Below, piece after piece: positions 34,589-46,434 of a DNA stretch of 64,000 nt. Below the pieces are notes generated by a model. The model worked only from the letters and a program-made list of their open reading frames with translations. It made no database searches and had not been told where the DNA came from. Both the position numbers and the translations under genes were made by a program. Origin of the DNA: Eledone cirrhosa. Taxonomy: Eukaryota. The stretch is from positions 8,122,001 to 8,186,000 of the forward strand of contig OZ024756.1 in the NCBI GenBank assembly GCA_964016885.1, written 5' to 3'. Numbering within the stretch: position 1 is the first letter of the stretch; every line of letters begins with the position of its first letter.

Positions 34589-34631
34589 AGTCTTTCTTCT
34601 GATGAAGGACTAGTGTCCGGAACGTTATGAC
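34589..34631 (+). ncRNA. Degenerate minimal hammerhead ribozyme remnant
   Basis: CTGATGA-AGGAC-TAGT-GTCC-GGAA-CGTTA. Core and stem II are intact, GAAA is changed to GGAA and stem I is weak. Confidence 0.4.
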
Positions 34632-34981
34632 CCTCTTCCTGCTATATCAAGCGTTAAACTAATATATCCCTTCCATATACTGTACCGATTGTGTTGTTAT
34701 TTCTGTTTACCTTATATATATATATATATATGATATACACTTTCTTTATACACACACCCCAATATTGATATAGATGTACATGTGTGTGTGTGTGCATAAA
34801 TAAACATACAAACATATATATACACACACACTAACATATATATATATATGTGTGTGTATAAACAAACATGCATTCATATATAAATACACACACACATACC
34901 TAAATGCACATATAAATATATATATATGTATATATGTGTATGCATATATATATATAATTATATATATACACATATATATAA

Positions 34982-35026
<45 letters not shown>

Positions 35027-35032
35027 ATATAC

Positions 35033-35083
<51 letters not shown>

Positions 35084-35089
35084 ATATAC

Positions 35090-35135
<46 letters not shown>

Positions 35136-35138
<3 letters not shown>

Positions 35139-36330
35139 GAACGACGGCTGAGCTCAAGCCGTTTCGACGGCTAATTCTGGACTAAATGAACATTTTTATC
35201 CTGGTATATGAATAGCCGAGCTTCTCAGGGGGTAATTCCATATATGGTAAAAGTGATTGTCACAAGGATTGGTCAAAAGTTTGTTGTTGAGACACATAAT
35301 TCTATCATGGCAATTTGTGGAGGGAAGGGGTAGTTGAACCTGCCAGTAGAAGAAAGAGGGAGAGGGGGTGGAGGAAACCCAGTCGTGCGTTGATAGTGCC
35401 AACTACAGCTGGGCAGGAGGTCAAAAAATGTTCATATACTTCGTACGAGCATTTATGTAGTTTGCACTAGAATTTTTGTATCGTGGCGGCACCCTTAGAG
35501 ATAGTATTAGTATTCTTTTTCGGGATTCTGAATTATTATTTCGTATTAGTTTGTTTTTTTTGCACTGGGTGGTTGCTGGCCTTGTGACTGGGGTAGAAAC
35601 CTTTATTTCGTACTGGTCTCGGGACTCTGAATTATTATTTCGTGGTAGTTTCTTTAGTATTTTGGCCCCCCACTTGTTGACCCGTCACCGTAAGATATAC
35701 TCGGTTGATTACTTATACCTCTTAAAAGGGTCTCATTATAATTCCGTCCCACCTAGTAAACCTTTCTTTAGTCTAGCAGTACCAGTGAGAGACTTGATAG
35801 CTGTCCTTAGGTTATAGTAACCAGAATTTGTTTTTTTTTACATTTAATTGTTTTTTAACATTCTTGGTATTTTTCTATATATTTACCCCATATTGTTTTA
35901 CTTATTGTTTCGACTTCCTCCCCCTCCCCCTCCCTAGTATACTTCTTTGACCTCCTGCCCAGCTGTAGTTGGCACTATCAACGCACGACTGGGTTTCCTC
36001 CACCCCCTCTCCCTCTTTCTTCTACTGGCAAGTTCAGCTACCCCTTCCCTCCACAAATTACCATGATAGAATTATGTGTCTCAACAACAAACTTTTGACC
36101 AATCCTTGTGACAATCACTTTTACCATATATGGAATTACCCCCTGAGAAGCTCGGCTATTCATATACCAGGATAAAAATGTTCATTTAGTCCGGAATTAG
36201 CCGTCGAAACGGATTGAGCTCAACCGTCGGGGTCCTACTCGTTCCTATTACCCACTCTACTACCCTAAGTATTGAGTACTTTGGTGCGTTATGGTCCACC
36301 TGGTTCCTTACCACATTTCCTTCGTTATAT
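35136..36330. mobile_element. Penelope-like pseudo-LTR element (family A) with ~290-bp inverted arms, flanked by TA-rich simple repeats
   Basis: 35136-35425 is the reverse complement of 35946-36248 (near-identical ORFs 35196- and 35969+). The 3' end ATTACCCACTCTACTACC...CCTTCGTTATATA recurs at ~53521 and ~62718. Confidence 0.7.
36138..36233 (+). ncRNA. Type I hammerhead-like ribozyme with variant core (CUGAGAA)
   Basis: Stem I ACCCC/GGGGT, core CTGAGAA, stem II CGGCTA..TAGCCG, GAAA, near-palindromic stem III ACGGATTGAGCTCAACCGT, cleavage triplet GTC. An inverted copy at 35143-35233 lacks the 3' strand of stem I. Confidence 0.55.
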
Positions 36331-36406
36331 AATATATATATGCATATATATAATATATATATATATTTACTTGTCTCACTCGCTTTACGCGTTTCACTTG
36401 TCCCAA

Positions 36407-39091
36407 TAGCAGTATTAGTTGTAGATGTTATCGCCACTTTAGCAGGGTGGTAGAATCAGTGGTCGTTAGTTGCCAGTGTGGTAAGTGATAGTATCCTCGT
36501 TGGATTATCTTGTTGACATAGACGTGAGGGAAGGTCCCTCGATCTATTTACCATCTATTTACAATATTCCTTTCGTCAGGTCGCCAATTCCAGCAGCATG
36601 GATTAAAGATGTCATGGAGACACGAGTAACATAACAACGACTCCAACCGCAGCAACCAGAGATGAAATGTTTGTTTATTTATATGGTTGAAGTTACAGAT
36701 ACAAAGAGGTTACCAAATGGAATGTGCCATTGCGCCGTTAAGCCGGCGAGGCTAGTGGTGCAATATCTCACTGTTACATTATGCGTGTTGCTGGCTCGAA
36801 GTTTCTGGTACAAGCTAGAGATTCTTCAAATCTTCGCGGGGAATTTCTTCCTCAGGGCGCGTAGGGATACATCCTCTTCTACTGGCGCTGATTGGCTGAA
36901 CTGAACCAAATCACGCACAGAGAATGTATGTGAGCCTGCGGAATGTAGGTCACTACATCACCTCCAACCAGATTTTCAGCCGAAAATCGATAACGAAGAA
37001 ACCAAGGACCCACATATTATTGAATCAGCAAGAAAAATGCTGAAAGAGCACATCAGTGAAAAAATAATTGAGTAGAAGGTTGCATGCAAGAATAAAAAAT
37101 GAGGCGCTACGGGCCGTGTTGAGCCGCTGTGTCGAATGACCAGTTGTTTTGTTGTTTATACGTGACCGCCAAAGGTCTAACAAAAAACGGATAAAGTCTG
37201 ACATGGGCGAGGTTGCTGTTCTTGCATTAAATGTTAATGGTAAGCGTTGTACCAGTAGCTGTGAACGAAGCTATTATGGTAGTTTACCAGTGCTGGCGAG
37301 AAAATGATGGCTCCCAGATGTATTGTCGAATGTGCTGTGGAGCCAGGAAAAAATGGCTGGTTGCTTTGTAAAGAACAAAAGGCAAGTTTAATCTGTAGGT
37401 GAGTTGCAGTGTAAATTCCATAATTCGGGCGAATCCACAGAAGTGGCCGAAATGCTAACAAGTCCAGTTCAATTTGTTGCTTTCCCAGCGAGTCGGGCAA
37501 AAACAACAAGACGGATGGCCGTCATGGACGATCAGTGTGCAACGAGATGCGAAGCTGTTTGAGTTCAGCTGCAATGTATTCTCGTGTTGCGGTGCCTGTT
37601 TGAATCCAGTGGATTAAGCTCTGTGAGCTGCTAGCATGTGACAGCATCTCAACCAGGTGAAAAGGGACTCGCAGAATATTACGTTTGAAGAACATATACC
37701 AAGAACAACATGTTGGTGTGTGATAAAAAAAATGTGTGCATATGCAGGCATGTAAAACAGCAAAGAATGTGAATTAACAAAAACCATGAGCAAGCAAATA
37801 GCAAAAGAGCACAAAACAAGTAAATGCATTCTACAAAGAAATATGTGAATGTAACAAACTGATAATTCAAAGTCAATCTAGGGGAGCAGAGAAATTGCTC
37901 AATAAGTTCAAAGTTTTTCAAAGTCAAATAGTTCACACATCACCAGTGTACAGACACTAGTTCTATCTGAAAACTGAAAAAGAAGTTTGTTAATGCCGTT
38001 AGGGGTTAGCTGTATGGTGTTTTTGTGAGATTTCGTGGCCATTTTACCGTCCCGAAGGTTTTGTTGCTTATTGTTAAAGCAAAGTCAAAGAATCTTCTGT
38101 AGAGTAGGAGTCACCAAATATGGCAGTCACGTCTGACGCCATAATGGTGAGAAACTACTGTCTCAATTTCTCGCGTCCCTGTGGTAACGAGACAGAAGGT
38201 ATGGTGGTTGCGTCGGTAAAGTTACAAGCCGTTTTGAAATTTCCGATGTGTGGTGGTTGGCGTCGGTAAGGTTATGAAGCTGCCACTCACTGTTCCCTGT
38301 ATTGGTCAGTGGTTAAACAACGCTGTCGCTGCTGCTGTCATTGTTGTTGTCAAGCGTAGCCATGACATGTCGGTAGCCATCTTGAAATTTTTTCGTGGCG
38401 AAAAAGTTTTTGAAATACTGCTAATTTTTCAAAAATCTTAAAAGGAATATTCTGGATTTTCGCAAGTTGCGACGTGGCAATAAAAGTTAAACTGAATGAA
38501 TAAGAAGGGCTGCGTGATATTCTTACGTCGGTCACCACTTTAGCAGTATTAGTTGTAGATGTTATCGCCACTTTAGCAGGGTGGTAGAATCAGTGGTCGT
38601 TAGTTGCCAGTGTGGTAAGTGATAGTATCCTCGTTGGATTATCTTGTTGACATAGACGTGAGGGAAGGTCCCTCGATCTATTTACCATCTATTTACAATA
38701 TTCCTTTCGTCAGGTCGCCAATTCCAACAGCATGGATTAAAGATGTCATGGAGACACGAGTAACATAACAACGACTCCAACCGCAGCAACCAGAGATGAA
38801 ATGTTTGTTTATGTATATGGTTGAAGTTACAGATACAAAGAGGTTACCAAATGGAATGTGCCATTGCGCCGTTAAGCCGGCGAGGCTAGTGGTGCAATAT
38901 CTCACTGTTACATTATGCGTGTTGCTGGCTCGAAGTTTCTGGTACAAGCTAGAGATTCTTCAAATCTTCGCGGGGAATTTCTTCCTCAGGGCGCGTAGGG
39001 ATACAACCTCTTCTACTGGCGCTGATTGGCTGAACTGAGCCAAATCACGCACAGAGAATGTATGTGAGCCCGCGGAATGTAGGTCACTACA
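36407..39091 (-). mobile_element. Internally deleted LTR retrotransposon (Gypsy-like remnant) with two ~550-bp LTRs
   Basis: Near-identical direct repeats 36407-36957 and 38541-39091. On the minus strand each begins TGTAGTGAC. A PBS-like TGGTGACCGACGT follows the 5' LTR and a purine-rich GGTTGGAGGTGA precedes the 3' LTR. The ~1.6-kb interior has no intact ORF. Confidence 0.7.
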
Positions 39092-39120
39092 CATATATAT
39101 AATATATATATATATATTTA

Positions 39121-39845
39121 CTTGTCTCACTCGCTTTACGCGTTTCACTTGTCCCAATAGCTTATTTTAGTTATTTCTCGCACCAACCTGAGGTATCTGA
39201 TTTTTAATGCGATGAAATACCAATGATGGTTGGCAAAATCACTGATGAGGGACTAATTTTATAATATGTAATCCATGTGCAACCACGCAGTATTCTTCTT
39301 CCCCTTGTTTTTCATATATATTTACCTAAACTGCGATTATCTGTTTCTCTCTTTCTCTCTTACTGCTCCTCCGTTCTCTCTGTTTCTCTTACCTTCTTTC
39401 ACCCTCTCTGTCAGTTACACTATTTCTCTCGACTGACCTCTTCCTCGCACTTCCACTCACTCACTCTCTGTTTCTCCCCTTCTCACTTCCTCCCGTTCGC
39501 TACTAGTGGGGTTCCTTCTTCTCACACCGCACTCACGGCGTACGGTCTGCTTCTCTGACCGCTCATGAAATTCACCCAGCTTATGCTGATTGGATAACTA
39601 TCATGCTGTTTTCCAACCTTCGGTTTGCTTTTCCTTCTGTCGAATATTTGTCTCACTCGCTTTACGCGTTTCACTTGTCCCAATAGCTTATTTTAGTTAT
39701 TGCTCGCACCAACCTGAGGTATCTGATTTTTAATGCGATGAAATACCAATGATGGTTGGCAAAATCACTGATGAGGGACTAATTTTATAATATGTAATCC
39801 ATGTGCAACCATGCAGTATTCTTCTTCCCCTTGTTTTTCATATAT
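39121..39845. repeat. ~200-bp direct repeats (39121-39320 and 39648-39845) around a ~330-bp spacer; partial-tandem, pseudo-LTR-like element
   Basis: Near-identical copies are visible directly. A related 3' portion recurs at ~62431-62540 between TA-rich tracts. Confidence 0.7.
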
Positions 39846-39876
39846 ATATATGTATATATAATATATATGTATATAC

Positions 39877-39990
<114 letters not shown>

Positions 39991-40067
39991 CCGGGTTGAA
40001 TCGGAGGTAACCACAGTAAGTAAGGTACTCAAAACATAGCAGAGTATAAAAGTTTTAATATAGAAGA

Positions 40068-40116
40068 GCTTCTACAGGACTAGAACTGTTTCATTCGTGA
40101 GAAATCATCAGGAAGC
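40068..40116 (-). ncRNA. Type I hammerhead ribozyme
   Basis: Minus strand reads GCTTC-CTGATGA-TTTC TCAC GAAT-GAAA-CAG TTCTAGTC CTG-TA-GAAGC: stem I GCTTC/GAAGC, canonical core, stem III ACAG/CTGT, GUA triplet. Confidence 0.8.
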
Positions 40117-40142
40117 ATATATATATACATATATATATATGT

Positions 40143-40284
40143 ATAAAGGGAAAAAATGAAACGAAATTTCATTTCCCACTCCTAGCACGGCTGTTACTTA
40201 AATATAAGTGTGTAAATACTTATATTTAAGTAACAGCCGTGCAAGGAGTGGGAAAGGAAATTCCGTTTCATGTTTTCCGTTTAT
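40143..40284. repeat. ~67-bp imperfect inverted repeat (hairpin); one arm recurs alone at 48808-48875
   Basis: 40143-40209 is complementary to 40218-40284. Confidence 0.85.
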
Positions 40285-40359
40285 CGTTTTCGGTGCACCC
40301 GGCCGATTAACCCACTCGATATGCAAATTGGGTTACTCAGCCGTTAATATATTTTTGTC

Positions 40360-41570
40360 TCTACATTGTCCTTCAGTACATCTTATGCTATATACTACAT
40401 TTCTAGTTTTACAGTTAATATGGGGGCTTAATTTACAGGTTATACATTTCTTATCTATACAGGGGGGTCTTTGAAAAGGGTATGTCTAGCTAATAAGTGT
40501 TTTTACGGAGGTACCTGGTCTTTCTACTATCTTAATATTGAGTTTATGTTTATCTAGGGCCCTTCTAAATTTATAAGCTAATTCACCTCTAGGGGTTGTA
40601 TCGATGAACATTACACTCTGGTATTTATTGCTATCATACCATGAGTTTATTCTATTAGTCTTATTCCTAGTTCTTTTTATTATATTCCAAAATGTGCTCC
40701 TATACAAGGGGCAGGTCCCATTTGTGTCATTATTTACCATTTTTTCCCATTTGGTTCTGGCTCCTCTATACACTCTGATTTTATCTCTCTGATTGTACCC
40801 AGAGAACTGCATACGGTGGATGAAGTGTTGTATGTGTCTCTCTAGTTCTTCGGGGTTGCACATGCGGGACAGGTTTCTCATCACCCGTACCAAATCCGCA
40901 ATCAGTATGTTGATTTTGGTATGGTCCGAAACAGCTGAGTTTCGGTGGATCAAATTTTGGAAGTCATGGGTTTGGCATAATGGGAATGGAGGATTTTTTT
41001 TTTTGTTACTAATGGTATCTAACCAGAGCTCTGTGTCTAGTACAGGTAATCGATGGTTGGGGTGTTTACTTGGGTAGTCTATAGTAACTCTAATACTCTG
41101 GTGGATGGAGTTAGCTATTTGCTGGATGCTTTCCATGGTGTTTTCTCTGATTCCTGACTGTTCTCTAGTGGAGTGCTTTTACTACGCTGTTTATATCAAC
41201 GTAGCGAGAGTACATTATCAGGGTTAAGAGTTTGCTGTCTTCTAATTGTTCTTTAAGTTTATTGTCCCACCATACCATGAATAGGTTAGCTATGTCACCT
41301 GCAATGCTAACACCAATGGCTGCTCCCACTTCTTGGGCATATGTTTTTCCATTAAATTTAACATGTTCCTTAATGGTTAGTTTTATACTGGCCCCCACCG
41401 CATGTGCAATCATTTTCTTTAGTTCATTATGGTTTTCGGGGGTCCGTATGGCTCTGGTCCAACCGTTCCATCTTTCTGTGTGGGTTTTCTTGGCCATTGA
41501 GGTAATGGTAGGTGGTCTGCCTCTTGCTGGCCTTGTGGGGAAGAGGTTGCTAAGGTCATACGTATCTAGA
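40360..41570 (-). pseudogene. Penelope-like element (Neptune-type) reverse transcriptase / thumb / Cys-rich linker fragment
   Basis: Translations GAAIGVSIAGDIANLFM, YSRYVD(D), LPVLDTELW, LHRNSAVSDHTK and FSGY, followed by a Cys-rich linker. Frameshifts and stops are present. Confidence 0.85.
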
Positions 41571-41646
41571 TAATCATTATTATAAGTAAGTTTAAGTAGG
41601 GGTCCCAGCTCACTGGTATCAATCCCGCGGAATTCAACATTGCTCT

Positions 41647-42450
41647 ATGTTCATCAATACAACCCCTAGAGGTGAACTAGCTTACAAATTTAGAAGAGCC
41701 CTAGATAAACTTAAACTAAATATTAAGATAGTGGAAAGACCAGGTACCCCCATAAAAACACTTATTAGTAATACATACCCTTTTCAAAGACCTCCCTGTA
41801 TAGATGAGAAATGCATAATATTAACTGCAAAACTAGAAACATAGTATATAGCATAAGATGTACTGAGGGAGAATGTAAAGATAAGAATACAGTGTCATAG
41901 GTGAGACAGCTCGTAGTATAGGAGAACGGATAAATGAACACTAGCGAAAGCTTCAAGGTAGAAAAGAATCATCAGTACTCCACCAACATGCTAAAATAGA
42001 ACATAAGGGTAAATTAGAGAACATAGAAATAAAAATAAAATCTACACACAGAAAAGACGCAATGTTTAGACAAATCACAGAAGCAATAGACATAAATGAA
42101 CTCCAACCAAAATTAAATAGAAAACATGAATGGAATAGCAACATCACAACTTACAATTAAGGACAAAATGAAAACACACACACATAGAACAAACAACCAA
42201 CTAGTAACATGTAAATAAACAAATAAAAACACACAGAGATACCAGGATGTAACACATGCGCAAACTAAGCACACAATACACGTAAAAACAAGATGGCGTA
42301 GGACAGAACAAAGGAGAGGCACAAAACAAAGAATAGAATCCCAGTCACTGAAGAGGTCACAGAATTTGTTACGAAAGAACTTTCACTATATATGAACAAC
42401 CGTCCGGTTGTGGAACCAACCAACCAACCGGAAATATACAAATTTCTTAA
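41647..42450 (+). pseudogene. Penelope-like element 3' part: linker, GIY-YIG endonuclease and pseudo-LTR
   Basis: 41647-41880 is an inverted, diverged copy of 40370-40607. It continues into GETARSIGERINEH ... RQITEAIDINELQPKLNRKHEW, typical GIY-YIG motifs. Confidence 0.85.
42343..42387 (+). ncRNA. Minimal hammerhead-like motif in the Penelope 3' pseudo-LTR
   Basis: CTGAAGA-G-GTCACA GAATT TGTTAC-GAAA-GAACT-TTC-ACT. It lies where PLE HHRs are expected. Stem I is short and bulged. Confidence 0.5.
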
Positions 42451-42746
42451 ATTTATAAATTTAATCTCCTTATAATATATAACCAGCAATTTCTCTGTCT
42501 GTCTGTCCGACAGTGGAAACACGTGCGCGCGTGGTTGCTATCTCTCTCTCTCTCCAGCTATCCCTCTCTTTTAGTCTGTCTGTTTCTCTCACTCTCACTC
42601 TTTCTCTTTGTAACACACTAACATTCCTCCCCTCTATCGCTGTGACGAATGGGGAGATGGAGGAGGAGGAGGGGAGAGTTACTTCGTCACTTCACCTCTG
42701 CCTTTCTTTCTCTCCCCTCTCACTCCCTCATTACGTACAGACATTA

Positions 42747-42939
42747 GGGCGGTGGATTGGCAGAATCTGTAGAGAGTCGGACACCATGCTTCATAGCATG
42801 GAGTTACGTCCCTTTACGGTCTGAGTTCAAATACCGCCGAGGTTAACTTTGCCTTTCATCCTCACGGGGTCGATAAAATAAAGTACCAGTAATGTACTGG
42901 GTAATTGCTGGCCTTGTGCCAAAAGTAGAAACAATTATT
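42747..42939 (+). mobile_element. tRNA-derived SINE (family S)
   Basis: A-box-like TGGCAGAATC, B-box GAGTTCAAAT and body CTTTGCCTTTCATCC...GGGGTCGATAAAATAAAGTACCAG...AGAAACAATTATT. At least 7 copies occur in the window. Confidence 0.85.
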
Positions 42940-43059
42940 AGAAACACTGCTTCATTTTTACTTATCTAAGCATTAGTAAAATAACTAATAATTTCAAAAG
43001 TAATTTTTCAATTCCAATTGTTATGAACAGCAAAACATTAATAATAATTTTGTTCTAAG

Positions 43060-43215
43060 AAATATATATACATTTCTGTGTGTGTAATATATATATATAT
43101 ACATACACAGAAATATATATACATTTCTGTGTGTGTAATATATATATATACACACAGAAATATATATACATTTCTGTGTGTGTAATATATATATATATAC
43201 ACACACAGAAATATA
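43060..43215. repeat. ~45-bp tandem repeat with internal palindrome CACAGAAAT-ATATATAC-ATTTCTGTG
   Basis: Three to four visible units. Confidence 0.7.
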
Positions 43216-43225
43216 TGGGCATTTC

Positions 43226-43263
<38 letters not shown>

Positions 43264-43768
43264 CTTCCCTAAAACTCAAATGTAGGTGCTACAAAAATAT
43301 TACCTTCCCCTTCCTTTCTCCACTTTGGTACTACCAAGAGAAACACTGTCGCTATAGAAACATTACCTTCCCCTCTCCACTGACTTTGGTCACTGAGGCT
43401 GAGGGAATCGCTGGTTGCTATAGAGACACCTTGCACAAGCCAGAAGTAACCAGTTCGAGGCGGTTCTGACTTGACACCATGCCAAGGACCATTTGAAGAT
43501 ATATTTCCATCGTTATATCATAACGTTTATGTATCATAACGTTTATATTTCCGTCACTAATCTCTTTTTCTCCTTTTTCGTTTTAACATATATTTATTTC
43601 AAAGATTCCACCGTATAGATAACATATATATTTATACATGCATAAAAGACACACCAAGAGACGGTGAACATGTGGTGCCGAAAACATTTCTCATCCAAAT
43701 CTCAACAATATCAGTATATACACTAGATTTGCTAGCAGAAAACCGCCCACCGGGTGGTTTTCTGCTAG

Positions 43769-44668
43769 TCTATATATATAAAACTGAGAATGTCTGTCTG
43801 TGTGTGTGTGAGTTTGAATCTCTAAAGCTCGAGAACCACCCCACCGACTATTTTCAAACTTTACACATGTAATACTTATGTTTCAGAGAGTGTTCTGAGC
43901 AAAGAAAATTTCAAATTTTCAATGCCTTAGGGACCGCATTAGGCGATTTAGCGATATCTCTCTATAATTCATAGTCTTTCTCCTTTTAGATAGATACATA
44001 CATATAACGTCACGCCCTTATAATATCTGTCTGTATGTCTGGCTATCTGCATTACGTCACTTCCCTGAGGATGTGTGTGGGGGGGGGTGAATCCCTAAAA
44101 CTCAAGAAGTACCCAACCGATATTTTTCAAACTTTACATGTGTATTACTTATGTTACAGGGAGTGTTATGCACATGAAAATTTCAACTTTTTGATCTCCT
44201 AGGTCCCACATTAGGTGAAAAACTGCCTATTTTAAGCTTTTTAGGGCTTTTTTGAGGCGTTACGTCAGACCGATTTCTTTGAAATTTTAACTATGTATTA
44301 GTCAGTCTCTTCTTCATACCGTGAGCAAAGAAAATCCAACGTTTTTATGGCTTAGGGCCCGCATTAGGTGAAAAACTTCATTTTTTCAGCTTTTTAGGGC
44401 TTTTTGGAGGCGTTACGTCTAGCCGATTTTCCCGAAATTTCAAGGCATATTATGCACATAAAAAAAAATTATTTTCTTGATCCCATAGGTGAAAACCTGC
44501 ATTTTTCCTGCTTCATCGAGGAAAATCTTAAAGATTATCCAGCCATCATAGTATTCGGTTTATTTTCTTTACATATTGTCCAGGCATGCAGTTTTTCCAC
44601 GATTAGGTCTGTTGGCGGCCAGCATTCCAAAATACCTTATCCCGTGCAACGCCGGGTACCACTGCTAG
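43769..44668 (+). mobile_element. Non-autonomous Helitron
   Basis: 5' TCTATATATATAAAACTGAG; 3' hairpin CCCG-TGCAACGC-CGGG followed by CTAG|T; internal duplicated blocks. Confidence 0.75.
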
Positions 44669-44796
44669 TTTATAGTAAATTGGAGTGAAAGCAACTGGTG
44701 CGTGTGTTTTCTATTGGCAATATGACCCTTCCAAATATCGATTTCAACACACATTTTCAGATAAAGAATCTTGCTAAACAAATTCAGAAACGAAAT

Positions 44797-44972
<176 letters not shown>

Positions 44973-46383
44973 CATATATACATATACATATATATATAGA
45001 TAGATAGATATACATATATAATACACATGCTGAGAATAACTTCAAACGTAGCATTATGATTGCATCGTGTGCTTTACCTAACTTATGCTTTTAAACCAAA
45101 TATACGTAGCAAGACTGAATATATTTCCCTATATAATACGACCTCTCCTATTATCAGATTTACATATTTCCTCTTCTTCTCTAAGACAATCCTTCGAAAT
45201 TTATTCTGGGTCTCCTTTACGATATGCCAATTATATTATATTATATTATATATTATATTACATTATATTATATTATATTATATTATATTGAATATTATTA
45301 TTACGCGGCTGAGAAGGAAAGGAAAGCTAGTTGACTGATATGCAGTCTTGAAGATGTGCAGAACGGTAAGCTGACTTATTCCAACTCAGAACCTAGATTT
45401 CAAGATTCCGGTATATATTATTTACGCTGTCACCATTTTTAATTCAGTCATATTTCTTAACATCGAAATAGTTTAAGAACCTCAAACCCGCAACCGTAAT
45501 CAACTTTACTCGTGATTCAAATATAAATATAACCACGTTTATAAATGCGGAGGAGCAATCTACATATATTTGTAAATTCTACATACACACGCGCACACTC
45601 ACGCAGAGGTTTTTTACAGGCAGTCCCTGTGTCGAATTGTAATTTTGTATTTCCTATTCTCGTTTCCCTATCTTCCGTGATAAGTTTGGGTTTCACATAA
45701 CCCTGTTATGTAATTCTGTCGAACTATTTTCTAAATTACCTGCCTTTCTTTAACCTCTCAAGTTATATTTCTGAAAGGAAACCAAATTAACCTACGGCAG
45801 CCATCTTTATTTTTGTTATGACAGGCTAAATGAGTTCAGGTCCAAAACCCAACGAAACTGAAGTTCCTGTTTATGTCAGTGTTGTAACTATTTATACAAA
45901 CTCGTCCTATGGACAGAGTGCTCTTACTCGTGGATATTTCTACCAATTTTTTACTACAGTATATATATATATATCTATATATATATATATATATAGTAAA
46001 AACGACGATTTGTCATGTCTTCATTACGTTTATTGTGTCGTGACGCGCATTTCGCTATTGATCAGCTCAAGGTCCAGTCTGTATCTATCTAGCCCGACTC
46101 TGGAATCAAAAGCTCGTCGGTCCTCTGCTATCATTACCACAGCAGAGGTCCGACGAAACGCCCGTCACTACTCAATAAACGTAATGAAGAGATAACAAAA
46201 AAGATTTGTAATGGGAAAAATAGTTTTGTAAAATGCAAAGGCCTTTTTTGTTTACATCAATAAAGCACTTATGGAGTAATTATTTATTTATATGTATTAA
46301 TTGAAACATTTGTTGTAAAATAATTTTTTGGAATTGCTTTGAATTTATATTCTAAAGACTTAGTCATGCGGGCTTTTTTGTAA

Positions 46384-46432
<49 letters not shown>

Positions 46433-46434
46433 AG

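Noticed and set aside
45330-45376. CTGATA-TGCA...TGCA-GAA possible ribozyme relic
   Set aside because: Both core segments are defective; too degenerate to call.
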